Assembly: GCA_963832395.1 (NCBI GenBank)
Contig: CAWHTV010000003.1
Span: 199,323 to 263,322, forward strand
Length of the DNA: 64,000 bases
Direction of reading: 5' to 3'
Origin: an uncultured delta proteobacterium
GTDB lineage: Bacteria > Desulfobacterota > Binatia > Binatales > Binataceae
Below, piece after piece: positions 51,501 through 60,458 of this stretch. How positions within the stretch are numbered: position 1 is the first letter of the stretch; the number at the start of each line of letters is the position of its first letter. The position numbers and the translations under genes were made by a program. Below the pieces are notes generated by a model, which was not told the origin of the DNA, made no database searches, and saw only the letters and a program-made list of their open reading frames with translations.

Positions 51501-52240
51501 TCCGCCACCTGTCCAGCGTCTTGCAATGCTTCCCACGCCACCTCCAGCAACAGACGTTGCTGAGGATCCATACGCGCCGCTTCACGAGGAGAGATGCCGA
51601 AAAAATGAGGATCGAACCGATCGATCTGCTTGAGGAAGCCGCCCCAGCGGGTGTTCGTCTTGCCCGGAGCCGCGGGGTCCGGATCGTAAAAAGCGTCAAG
51701 CTTGAAGCGCTCCGCCGGAACCTCTGTGATCGCGTCCACTCCGTCCCGCAGCAGTTGCCAGAACGCTTGTGGATCATTGGCTCCGGGAAACCGGCAGCCG
51801 AGGCCGATGATCGCGATCGGCTCGCTGGTTGCTTCCCGCCCGCGGTCAGCCACGGCGCCCGACTGCGTGCCGCCGGAGTCCGAGGCATCCGCTGACCCCG
51901 CCAAATAACGGGCGAGCGTCTCGATGGTGGGGTACTCATAGGGGAGCGCGGGAGAAATTTGTCGCCCAAGCCGATCCGCCAGTTCGCCGGAAAGACCGAC
52001 CATCTCGCTTGAGCCGAGGCCATAACTGGCGAAGGGCTCGCGGACATCGATCTCGCGAGGCTCAAGCCCCAGCAACTCGGACAGCCGGGAGACCAACCAG
52101 GTTTGGATGACTTCAGCGGTCAGAGAATCCGTTGATGAGTTTGGCTGGTCGCGTTTGTCTCGATCGTCGAAACTCCGTTCGACAGAGCCTCGTTCGACAG
52201 AACTTGGCGACGCGCCGTTGGTTGAATTCTCCGACATCAC
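48464..52240 (-). CDS. type I polyketide synthase: N-terminal carrier domain-KS-AT-DH (N-half); longest open piece of the megasynthase
   Basis: 1258-aa ORF. The carrier domain is FASYGLGSSEMVGL. The KS motifs are IDTACSSSLVAVHLA, YVEAHGTGTLLGDP and KTNIGHLEAAAGIAG. The AT motifs are VVGHSMGEVAAAHVAG and VKVDFASHSPQM. The DH motif is YLNDHRIEGVAVLPAS (HxxxGxxxxP). Around 48990-49080 the expected HPLLG segment is only readable in an alternate frame (HHPLLGRHFKSAHPAETH), so even this ORF hides a compensated double shift. Confidence 0.92.
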   Translation of the reverse strand: MMSENSTNGASPSSVERGSVERSFDDRDKRDQPNSSTDSLTAEVIQTWLVSRLSELLGLEPREIDVREPFASYGLGSSEMVGLSGELADRLGRQISPALPYEYPTIETLARYLAGSADASDSGGTQSGAVADRGREATSEPIAIIGLGCRFPGANDPQAFWQLLRDGVDAITEVPAERFKLDAFYDPDPAAPGKTNTRWGGFLKQIDRFDPHFFGISPREAARMDPQQRLLLEVAWEALQDAGQVAERLAGTRAGVFIGISNNDYGRIQFGDPHRIDAYAGTGNALSIAANRISYLFDFRGPSMAIDTACSSSLVAVHLACRSLWNGESSLALAGGVNLILSPAITINFTKAGVMAPDGRCKAFDARANGYVRSEGAGVVVLKPLSRALADADPIYAVVRGSAVNQDGRSNGLMAPNPLAQEAVLREAYRRAGVSPGGVQYVEAHGTGTLLGDPIEVKALGAVLGLDRPPGRPCALGAVKTNIGHLEAAAGIAGLIKVALALKHREIPPNLHFVEPNPHIPFDRLPLRVQTTLGPWPVESGPALAGVSSFGFGGTNAHVVLEEAPQSNSWIQSAECAIDSPHAEIRNTKSAHLLPLSARSPEALQSLARAYQDFLASPESELSLNDICYTAGMRRDHHDYRLAVTGYSREQLSEGLQAFLHGEARPGLSFGRKDSGRQRKLVFVFPGQGSQWFGMGRSLLEQEPVFREVVERCDRAMRRYGDWSLLGELTATDAAQSRLNEVDIVQPALFAIQVALAALWRSWGIEPQAVVGHSMGEVAAAHVAGALSLEDAARVICHRSRLVRRAVGQGAMAAVELSMEQARGVLAGSGYEDRVSIAASNSPTSTVLSGDPAALETILDQLRRRDIFCGMVKVDFASHSPQMDPLRADLLQALEGLEPRPASIPIYSTVTGMVSGGLEFEARYWARNLREPVLFSPAVQRLLEDGHDIFLEISPHPILLSGIQQGLHHLGHEGAVVASMRRDEEERTVMLGSLGALYTLGYPVDWSLVYPAGGRCVRLPSHPWRRERCWMDSAADETDYLSDTRGDALGESAQHERAPSAAGPAFQIGTSCGNPSSGKSRSTSARCRYLNDHRIEGVAVLPASAYVEMALAAAAEAFGAQSFALAQSFVLKDIEFHRALFLPDDETRLLQLILSSGTDGAAAFQIYSCPAGIGQPAKSWTLHATGGVSSQEDGSVFAAGQETLAEIQARCLEKISGQDYYARLSENGIHYGSFLQSITQLWWHDGDVLGEIRCSSMS

Positions 52241-52247
52241 GCACTTC

Positions 52248-54038
52248 TTACAGACTGGCGAGAGTGCCGTTCAGGAAGCTGACCTGGCACGCATTGCGCT
52301 GAACCTTGCCGCTTGGAGTCTTCGGCAGGCTCCCGGCCCTGAGCAGTACCGCCGCGTGCACCCGCACGTCGTGCTCTTCCGCCACCGCTCGCCGAATGGC
52401 TCGTACCATCGCCCCGACGTCCAGCAACAGCCGCGGAGGCGAGTGCGGGGGCCGATTGCGATCGTGGCTATCCGCCGGCCGGTAGCGGCGCTCAACCTCG
52501 GCTGCGACGATCAAACGTTCTTCGTGGGCGACGTCGACCGAAAACGCCGCGCAACAGCCCGACCGTATTGCGGGATGGCTTTGTTCCACCGTCAACTCGA
52601 TGTCGTTGGGGTAAAGGTTGCGGCCCCCGATGATGATCAGATCTTTCAGCCGGCCGGTGACAAACAATTCGCCATCTTTCAGAAATCCCAAATCTCCGGT
52701 GCGCAGAAATGGCCCTTCTCCGCTGTCCGCGAGGTAGGCTCGCAACGTGCGCTCTGTCTCCTCGGGGCGGTTCCAATAACCTCGCGAAACGGTCGGGCCT
52801 GATACCCAGATTTCGCCCACCGCCTCCGGTGCGCAACGAGTCAACGATTCGGGATGAACGATGACAATCCTGGTACCGGGCATCGCGTGGCCACATCCAA
52901 CCAGGGTCCGCACATTCTGTTGCTGGTCGGGAGCCTCCGCGACGCGATTCTGTTCAAGCGCCGCCGCCTGAGCCGCATACAAGGTAGGCTCATCTTTCAA
53001 AGGACCGCCTGACACCATGAGAGTGGCTTCGGCGAGTCCATAGCAGGGATACAGGAAGCGTGGGCGGAACCCGTATTTTGCAAAGGCCGCGGCAAACCGT
53101 TTCAGAGTGTCCGCCCGGACTGGCTCTGCGCCATTGTACGCCGCATACCAACCGCTGAGGTCGAGATTTTCGCACTGTTCGGGAGTAATTTTGCGGGCGC
53201 ACAGCTCGTAGGCGAAATTGGGACCTCCACTGACGGTGCCGTTGTATCGCGAAATTGCCTGAAGCCAACGCACCGGCCGCTGAAGGAAGGATTGTGGCGG
53301 CAAGATGAAACATGGACGTCCAACATAGGTCGGTTGAACGATTCCATTAGTAAGTCCCATATCATGAAAGACCGGCAGCCATGACACTGATACCCCACTG
53401 TCCGGAGTGAGCTCGAACGCGTGATTGACGTTGGCCGAATTATGCAGAAGGTTCCCGTGACTGACCATCACACCCCGGGGTACGGTGGTTGAGCCTGAGG
53501 TGTATTGGAGCAAGGCCAGACTGTTGCTGGTCACGACAGGATTTTGCCATCCCGGCGCCAGCCCGCCGGTGAGCTTGTCGGTGGCCACCCAGCGCATCGT
53601 CGCCAGTTCTTGAGCCTGCGTGAACAGGGCCTCAACCTTCGACAGGATCGATGACGTGGTGAGCGCCACCGACGGCTGAGCATCGTTCGCGATGGCTCGT
53701 AACCTGGGGAAAGTCCGCTGTTGCTGAGCCGCAGTCGGCGGGGGCACCGGGACGGCAATCACGCCGGCATACAGGCAACCGAAAAAGGCCGCGATGAATT
53801 CGAGACCGGTTGGATAGATCAGCAGCGCCCGCTGCCCACTTGCGCAGTAAGTCTGGAGCAGCGCCGCAATAGTCCGGGCCTCGCGGTCCAACTCCGCATA
53901 GGTCAGACGGCCTCCCTCTACCTCTCCATCGAGCAAATAGGCGTAGGCCAGCTGCTCAGGCTGACGAAGCGCTCGCCAGCGAAGGACCTCAACCAGCGTG
54001 GAAAAACTAACCGTTTCATCGGTAGAAGCTCTATTCAT
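52248..54038 (-). CDS. fatty acyl-AMP ligase (FAAL)
   Basis: 596-aa intact ORF with the typical FAAL N-terminus (TLVEVLRWRALRQPEQLAYAYLLDGEVEGGRLTYAELDREARTIAALL). Adenylate-forming motifs are LQYTSGSTTVPRGVMVSH, YGLAE, GEIWVSGPTVSRGYW, RTGDLGF and PKTPSGKVQR. Its stop is 7 nt before the PKS carrier-domain start. Confidence 0.9.
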   Translation of the reverse strand: MNRASTDETVSFSTLVEVLRWRALRQPEQLAYAYLLDGEVEGGRLTYAELDREARTIAALLQTYCASGQRALLIYPTGLEFIAAFFGCLYAGVIAVPVPPPTAAQQQRTFPRLRAIANDAQPSVALTTSSILSKVEALFTQAQELATMRWVATDKLTGGLAPGWQNPVVTSNSLALLQYTSGSTTVPRGVMVSHGNLLHNSANVNHAFELTPDSGVSVSWLPVFHDMGLTNGIVQPTYVGRPCFILPPQSFLQRPVRWLQAISRYNGTVSGGPNFAYELCARKITPEQCENLDLSGWYAAYNGAEPVRADTLKRFAAAFAKYGFRPRFLYPCYGLAEATLMVSGGPLKDEPTLYAAQAAALEQNRVAEAPDQQQNVRTLVGCGHAMPGTRIVIVHPESLTRCAPEAVGEIWVSGPTVSRGYWNRPEETERTLRAYLADSGEGPFLRTGDLGFLKDGELFVTGRLKDLIIIGGRNLYPNDIELTVEQSHPAIRSGCCAAFSVDVAHEERLIVAAEVERRYRPADSHDRNRPPHSPPRLLLDVGAMVRAIRRAVAEEHDVRVHAAVLLRAGSLPKTPSGKVQRNACQVSFLNGTLASL

Positions 54039-54493
54039 CTGTCAGACGCGGAAACACGCGGATCGAGCCGGGCCCAAACAGAGCTATGGTCGCATGTTCA
54101 CTTCCAGCGTTCACACAAGTGATATTCGCGACGGCGGCTACCGGTATCTGAACTTTTTGGGCCGCCAACTCCGCTGCGCGAAGAACAACCTCCTTGCTTT
54201 TGAACTCGGCTGCCGCGGATCTCTCCACGATTCTTGTGGACTTTGCGGTCAAACGCCGCGATAGAGCTCTCAGCCGAATCAACCGATGGGGGTTCGTATC
54301 ACGCGCTTTCTTTCGTATTTTCAATTCACACCGATCAACTCTTATGAGCTTACACCCGCTGAGGGCGAAGGCGGAAGTGCAATGTAACCGGCCAAAGTGA
54401 AATTATGTAACACAAAGAACAATAGGGACAACAGCCGGCTGAATCAAATTGCTCTCCAATTCATCTTGTCCCGGTCCAGGAGACTCGTCTTCG

Positions 54494-55791
54494 CTAAAGC
54501 ACTTTCAATGCGTCTGGCAGTTTGGTCCGCGCCGCTTTCAATGCCGGATAAAAGGAGATGACCGTCGCCATTATGAACACAATGATCACCGACGAAACGA
54601 TTCGCGCCACGCTCAGGCGGGAATAGAGAATCGGATCAACGACGAGTGCACGGGGAAGGCCAGTTCTGAATACCAGGCGCAAATCCAACCCGGCGGTGGC
54701 GAAATAATGCTCGACGCTCAAACCCAGCGCAAGTCCGAACGCGAGGCTGAGCGCCGTGAGCGCGAGCGATTCCCCGATGATCATCATTGCCAACTGCGCA
54801 GGCCGAAGGCCCAGAGCCTTACAGACGCCAAATTCATAGCGGCGTTCCAGAACCCGCATGAGAATGGTATTGAGTATTCCCAATCCGACCATCGCCAGTA
54901 CCACACCGTTCATGACGTAGTTGAAAGCGTGGTCCAGCCCAAGGATCTGCGCCAGCATCGGCATCGATTCCCGCCAGGTCAGAATTTCAACCGGAGCTCC
55001 CTCCAACCGCTTGCGCAAGCCCTTCGCCACCTTCAGTGAGTCGCCCTCGTGCCGAAGAAAGAGCGCAACCTGAGTCACCTGGTTGTCCGGTACTCCGAGC
55101 AGCGTCTGGGCGGCGGGCAAAGGCAGATGGATGACATCGGCATCCACCGTTTCGATGCCGGTGCGAAAGATCCCGTTCACCCGCAACAGAGTGCTTTGCA
55201 TTTCTCCGCCGGTTACGTCCTTGACCTTGGTTCCAGGCGTGTCGCACCGCCTGCGTCATGAGCACTACTTTGGAACCCGTCCTTCACCTCGAGCTTGCGG
55301 GCCAGGTCGGCGCCAATGACTATTCCGGTGGCGCTTGTCGTCACTGAGATATGTCCCCTGCGACTATCCGCTGAGGAATCAGGGACACGGCGCGCTCCTC
55401 TCGCGGTATGACCCCAATAATGGTCACGCTGGCGGAGTTGGCTGCGGAACTCAGCAGCCCGGTGGCCAGAAGCTGCGGACTCACGCCTAGCAGCGACCTG
55501 CTTCATGGATCGCGTTTGCAGGAACTCGTTGATCGTGGATACCACCCGGGCCGGAAGCAGTAGCTCCTGGGAGCCGGTATCTTGATACCCCTTGGCCTGG
55601 ATGACAACGTGCCCTGGGCCAAACCTCACTCCGTTGGCAATCGTCTGCTCGTGGCCACCGTCGAGCAGGCCCAAGGAGATCAGCAGCAAGGCGAGACCCA
55701 GACCCAGGGCCAGGGCAGTCAACAGGGTACCGCGGGGATTGCGCCAGACATTGCGCCAGCTGATTTTCACCAGAAGAAGAACGCTTGTCAC
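54494..55791 (-). pseudogene. FtsX/MacB-LolE-type ABC transporter permease, several frame breaks
   Basis: The N-terminus is MTSVLLLVKISWRNVWRNPRGTLLTALALGLGLALLL. The periplasmic domain pieces are in shifting frames (…GIVIGADLARKLEVKDG / VVLMTQA…). The C-terminal FtsX domain is intact (54494-55201: ...VLAMVGLGILNTILMRVLERRYEFGVCKALGLRPAQL...FYPALKAAR). Confidence 0.8.
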
Positions 55792-55793
55792 TG

Positions 55794-57059
55794 CTAGACC
55801 TTACGGATCGCTTCCGTTGGCCGAAAGTGAGCGGCCCGCCACGCCGGATAGAGCGCGGACACGAGCGCGGTGACGCCCAGCCCCACAGCCGCCTGGGCGT
55901 AGGCGGAAAAATCCTGCCGCCCGTACCAGAGATGGCCCACCACTACTCCGGCGACAGAGACGACCTCGCCCGTGGCGCCGCCCAGGTCCAGGCCATGAGC
56001 CTGCAGATACCACAGCAGCGGAGCGCCAATCGCTCCTCCCAAAACCAGACTGGCCGCGGCCAAACCCGCCGCCTCCGCCATGATCAGGCCAATCACCTGA
56101 ACCGGACGCATTCCCAGGGCCATCAGCATGCCCAGCTCACGGGTGCGCTCAAAGACCGCCATCAGCATGGTGTTCATGATGCCGATGACCGCCAACAGGA
56201 AAAAAATAAAAAAGAGCACAAACGTGACGCCGCGATTGAACTGCACGTAATCGGCCAGCTCCGGCGCCAGTTCCGGCCACGCACTCACCCGCACGGGAAG
56301 CGCTTTTACTCAGTCGAGCCTGAAGCGCCGAGGCCACCGTCGTAGCGTCGGTTATGTTGTACAGCTTGATGCCAACTTCATGGATCCTTGCCGGCGCCAG
56401 GTGCAAAAGCTCCTGTAGAGAGGAGAGCGGCATCAGCACCAGGTTCCGGTCCATGACATCAAGACCGGTGTGAAAAATCCCGCCAACCGTGTACAGGTCA
56501 TTGCCCATCGAGCCGTCGGCCGCCTGCGTCAGCAGAACGATTTCCGACCCTACCTCGACGCCAATTATGCTGGCGAGCTTGTCTCCCACCACGACCCTGT
56601 TTGGCATCAGCTTCGGTCAGATAGCCCCCTTTTACTATCTGCGTGTTCAGGACCGTAACCTTTGGTTCCTGGTCGGGCGCCACCCCCATAAGCGCAACCC
56701 CGGCGGAAGAGCCATGCGAAGCGCTTACCAGTCCGTAGCCGTACACCCGCGGAGCCGCGGCATAGACCCGGGGGTCGGCGGTGATGGCGGCAAGCAAGCG
56801 CGCCGACGTCCGTCCCTTTTCCCCCTCCCAAGGTCTTCTGAATGGAACGGCTGGGGTAGTAACCCGGGGCGTGCACCTGGATCTCGGAGAGAACCAGCCG
56901 CGTGCCGTTCTCAATCATCTGCCAGCGCAGGCCCGCCATCAGACACGCAACAAACAGCAGCATGGCATAGCCCAGAGCGATGGCGGCCATGGCGATGAAG
57001 GTACGCCGCGGATTGCGCCAGAGATTGCGCCACGCAAGCTGAAGCAGGCGTCCGCTCAT
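55794..57059 (-). pseudogene. FtsX/MacB-LolE-type ABC transporter permease (paralogue), several frame breaks
   Basis: The N-terminus is MSGRLLQLAWRNLWRNPRRTFIAMAAIALGYAMLLF (56607-57059). The periplasmic part is PNRVVVGDKLASIIGVEVGSEIVLLTQAADGSMGNDLYTVGGIFHTG (56149-56607). The FtsX domain is FFIFFLLAVIGIMNTMLMAVFERTRELGMLMALGMRPVQV...LYPAWRAA (55794-56294). Confidence 0.8.
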
Positions 57060-57817
57060 CGTTTCAGATTGGGCAGGGAAAACGTCTCCGCGCTGATCGG
57101 CACGTCGAATGCGACATCCTCGTACACGATGGTAGTTTGCTGACCAGGCTTGTCCACGGATCGCATGACCAGGCGTGTAGGCATGAGCCTTCCGCCCGTA
57201 GTTTTGTAATCGGAAAAGGTCAGGTCCCGGACCAGCTTGCCGTCTTCGTCATAGAAACCCTGCCATGCCGGCATCAGGTTGGCTTGACGAACCTGCAACA
57301 CGATTTTGCCCCACACCACCACCGCGCCGGGCTTGGGTGTCAGAGTATATTCATACACCGCAACCTCGCCCCGCTTGCCCTCAAAAGAATTCGCCAGAGA
57401 ATAGTCGCGCACCAGGCCGCTTTCTTTCACCAGATCATCGAGGGTGAAATCACTTCCCATCCACGAGGTCATCGTCATCGAAGAAGGGGCCTTGATCGTG
57501 CGGTTCGCTTTCGGCAGATAGTACCAGATGTCGTTGCCTATTTTCAGGATGGCCGTGCCCGCGTCCTTTTCGGGGCTGATGATACGCACAAGAGCGTTCT
57601 CTCCCTGCGTCCAGATCTTCATCGTGAGATCGCGTTGCCCATTTTCTCCGGCGATCTGCATTTGCAGCGTAGCGATGCTGGATTTGCCGCTGAAAAGCCG
57701 AGCCACCCGATCCACGATCTCACGCGCGCGTTGATCGTCCGTGGCGTGAGAGATCCGGCCGAGACTCAGTAGAAGCAGTCCGGCCAGCACAGCCATAGTT
57801 GTTTTGTGCCATCGCAT
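57056..57817 (-). CDS. LolA-like outer-membrane lipoprotein-sorting family protein (periplasmic)
   Basis: 253-aa ORF with a signal peptide (MAVLAGLLLLSLGRISHA). It reads ...IATLQMQIAGENGQRDLTMKIWTQGENALVRIISPEKDAGTAILKIGNDIWYYLPKANRTIK...SWMGSDFTLDDL..., typical of the LolA-like family that accompanies FtsX permease pairs. Its stop overlaps the permease start. Confidence 0.8.
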   Translation of the reverse strand: MRWHKTTMAVLAGLLLLSLGRISHATDDQRAREIVDRVARLFSGKSSIATLQMQIAGENGQRDLTMKIWTQGENALVRIISPEKDAGTAILKIGNDIWYYLPKANRTIKAPSSMTMTSWMGSDFTLDDLVKESGLVRDYSLANSFEGKRGEVAVYEYTLTPKPGAVVVWGKIVLQVRQANLMPAWQGFYDEDGKLVRDLTFSDYKTTGGRLMPTRLVMRSVDKPGQQTTIVYEDVAFDVPISAETFSLPNLKR

Positions 57818-57860
57818 AACAGACCCACTCGCGCATACGTAAAAGAAACAGTGGCAACGA

Positions 57861-58844
57861 TTAACTGCCGGAATCGCCGCGTAGTACGTTCACCGGCTTC
57901 ACGCGCTCCGTTCTGAATTCGCGCTTGACCTCGACCGCCTCTTCAAGCGGTGATTTCATCGCCAGTCCCATCGGTATCCGGACCAGAACGTTAAAGGCGC
58001 TCACGGCAAGCGAGAGCGCGAACAGATCGCTTTTGCCGGCGAACCCGGCAAACCCGATCGTGAAGACGAGCTGAGTCGTTCCGATTCCCCCGGGTGAGAA
58101 CGGTGAATTTCCTATCGCCACAATCAATGGCGTCAATGCCAGTACCTGCGCTAGCGGGACCCGGATATGAAAACTGGCTAATTGTCCGTATAACGCGAAG
58201 CCCGCGCCCAGAGAAATCAGGAATCTGATACCGAGCAGCTTGACGAACTGCGAAGGCCGCGCCATACGGAAACTCAACATCGACGGCCGTTCATAGAGCC
58301 ATCGGAGCCAATTGCCGCGACTGAGCCGCGCGCCCCACAAGAGCCAAAACGAGGCGATGAGACAGCCTGCGCCTAGCACACCTGCCGCGTAATAGCGGCC
58401 GGGCCGAATCGGTGACGTAGGCACCAAGGCGATTGCTAAGAGCGACAATATGGCCAGCAGCATGACGTCGACATAGCCCTGGAACATCAAGGTGCATCCG
58501 CCGGTTATCCAGGGCACTCGCTTGCGCGCGTGGAGGAAGAGCACATACGCGCCGCCAGCAACGTAAGAGTTGATCAGTTGCAGAAAGTAAACGGAGGCCA
58601 TGGTCGGAAGCAGTTCGCGCGCCCCGGTCGGACCATGAAAATAACTGAACAGGCGGGAATACAGAAATGTATCGCCGACAAACCAGCATAGAAAGCCACC
58701 GAGGCTCGCGCCAACAAAGAGCGCGACCGTGGCGTGGCCGGAGGCGTCGACCATCTGCCTCCACGAGACGCTGCGCGCGGCGTAATAGACGATCGCGGCC
58801 GCGACCATATAGGCGATAAGGTTTTGCAGCGCCGTCTTTCGCAC
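57861..58844 (-). CDS. flippase-like / lysylphosphatidylglycerol-synthase-TM-region family membrane protein
   Basis: 327-aa polytopic membrane ORF (about 8 hydrophobic segments). The C-terminal ...NSPFSPGGIGTTQLVF... motif resembles the UPF0104/LPG_synthase_TM family. There is no soluble catalytic domain. Confidence 0.6.
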   Translation of the reverse strand: MRKTALQNLIAYMVAAAIVYYAARSVSWRQMVDASGHATVALFVGASLGGFLCWFVGDTFLYSRLFSYFHGPTGARELLPTMASVYFLQLINSYVAGGAYVLFLHARKRVPWITGGCTLMFQGYVDVMLLAILSLLAIALVPTSPIRPGRYYAAGVLGAGCLIASFWLLWGARLSRGNWLRWLYERPSMLSFRMARPSQFVKLLGIRFLISLGAGFALYGQLASFHIRVPLAQVLALTPLIVAIGNSPFSPGGIGTTQLVFTIGFAGFAGKSDLFALSLAVSAFNVLVRIPMGLAMKSPLEEAVEVKREFRTERVKPVNVLRGDSGS

Positions 58845-59401
58845 CGGACTTTCACTCGCTCAGCTCACAAACGTAAAGACCGCGCATTCACCTGTGTTAC
58901 GGAACAGACTCATTGGCCAAAAACTACGGTGTAAAGCTTGGCAAACGCCCAGCATTGCAACAACTATGTCCATCGAATCCACGTGACAACTTAGCTATCG
59001 TACCTGCCCTTACCGGGTGAATCGCTGCCCTCTCACGACGGCGCATATGTCCGGCGCGAGATGCAAGCGTCGTGTATCTGTGCCCTGGCAGACAAAGGTC
59101 ATCTGGCCGTGTTGCGGACCATTTGTCTGAACATCAGAGCCCAAACATCTTACGCCAGGTGTTAAAGGGATAAAAAGGCGATGTGACTCGACTGATGGAA
59201 ACGGTTCTCCAAAGAACCACACTCGGAGCCCTTCCGAAGGAATTTGATCATTCTGGCAATCCTCGCTCTCCGCCGCGCGGCCCTTTAGCAGGATCGCAAG
59301 ATGAGAACCAGCCCGGTCAGGAACGCAACTATCCACGTTCCAGGAGCCCCCGGTGCTACCTCAATCCGACACCAGCTTCCTAAGTTGAAAGATGGAGTGT
59401 C

Positions 59402-59668
59402 CTAGTATGGCTTGAGGCGAGGATCATCGCTCGCAACGCAAACCGCATGACTCATGCGGACGGCCGCATCTCCAGCCTGCTCCTGAGTAGCCAGCCGAGC
59501 CGCCTCACATACCGACGCCTTGTCGAATGACCGGTCAATCGTCCACCTGGCGAGCGGCGCGGCGTCATCGTAGCGTTGCTCGCCGATCCACCAAAATCTG
59601 GTCTGCGGCGGTACAAACAGATACCAGCCCATGAGGGCCAGCGCAGCGGTGTGGCGGAGTTTTATCAT
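59402..59668 (-). CDS. hypothetical small secreted protein (88 aa)
   Basis: The ORF has an N-terminal hydrophobic leader (AALALMGWYLFVPP) and two Cys residues (…SVCEAARL…HAVCVASDDPRLK). I cannot name a family. Confidence 0.45.
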   Translation of the reverse strand: MIKLRHTAALALMGWYLFVPPQTRFWWIGEQRYDDAAPLARWTIDRSFDKASVCEAARLATQEQAGDAAVRMSHAVCVASDDPRLKPY

Positions 59669-59822
59669 TCATTTCCTCGTCGTTCGGAAGTAATCAGACT
59701 GCGGACGCGAATCCGATCGCGCCCGCATCGTTCGTCAACCACTGCGAACTCGACTCACCTTTCGGACGGTCTTCAGTTTGGCGGCGCGCACACGATCGCG
59801 GCCGCGCCGCCATTTGGTCTCT

Positions 59823-60236
59823 CTAGTTCTGAGAACTTGGAGACGACACTTGCAGATCGTTGGTAACACCTCGGACGCCGCTCGTATTTCTCGCGATTGC
59901 CACAACGCGTGCTGCCATGGCAGAATTCTGTACCTGGCCGCCGAGCGTCACGACGCCGGCCGTGGTGGTGACATGGATATCGTTGGAATTAATGTCTTTG
60001 CCACTGGCGAAAGCCGTCTTCACTTTTGTAGTGATTGTGGTATCGCTTAACGCGGTAGCTGTTCCGGTATAGGCGTTCTTCGCGGCCCCTTCAGTGTCTT
60101 GGCCTGCCCGATGCATCGACGTGCTGGCTGGAACCGGAGCGCTGGCGCTCGAGTCCTGTGCGAAAGCTGGTATCGTTAGCCCGATTCCTAACGCGATCGC
60201 CGGCACCATAGCCAATATCTTGTGTTTGCCATTCAT
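59823..60236 (-). CDS. BON domain-containing (OsmY-like) periplasmic protein
   Basis: 137-aa ORF with a signal peptide (ILAMVPAIALGIGLTIPAFAQ). The BON domain is SDTTITTKVKTAFASGKDINSNDIHVTTTAGVVTLGGQVQNSAMAARVVAIARNTSGVRGVTNDLQV. Confidence 0.85.
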   Translation of the reverse strand: MNGKHKILAMVPAIALGIGLTIPAFAQDSSASAPVPASTSMHRAGQDTEGAAKNAYTGTATALSDTTITTKVKTAFASGKDINSNDIHVTTTAGVVTLGGQVQNSAMAARVVAIARNTSGVRGVTNDLQVSSPSSQN

Positions 60237-60302
60237 AACCTTATCTCCTCATTAAACTCTGCTTTAGTCTGTCGCTTCACGGGACTCCAGGAATATTCCC
60301 TG

Positions 60303-60458
60303 CTAACTTTTTGCATTGTCGATCACGCGTTCCACCGCCTTCTTTACCTTGCCGACGACTTGGTCCTTTCGTCCCTCGTTCTTAAGGCGCTGATTATCCG
60401 TCACAGCACCGACTGCTTCCTTCACACGGCCTTTAATCTGGTCCGTTGTTCCACTCAT
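60303..60458 (-). CDS. CsbD family stress-response protein (51 aa)
   Basis: It is below the ORF-track size cut-off and was found by hand. AGGAGGA lies 5 nt upstream of the ATG at 60458. The protein is MSGTTDQIKGRVKEAVGAVTDNQRLKNEGRKDQVVGKVKKAVERVIDNAKS, the canonical CsbD repeat pattern. Confidence 0.8.
   Translation of the reverse strand: MSGTTDQIKGRVKEAVGAVTDNQRLKNEGRKDQVVGKVKKAVERVIDNAKS

Noticed and set aside
54031-54324. 97-aa minus-strand ORF overlapping the FAAL start by 8 nt
   Set aside because: It has a TTG start without an RBS, weak codon bias compared with its neighbours, and no recognisable family. I treated it as part of the upstream non-coding region, although a small coupled gene cannot be fully excluded.
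59010-59336. 108-aa minus-strand ORF in the gap upstream of the flippase-like gene
   Set aside because: It has no RBS, an odd composition and no family resemblance. The alternative frames are equally open for short stretches, so it is probably non-coding.
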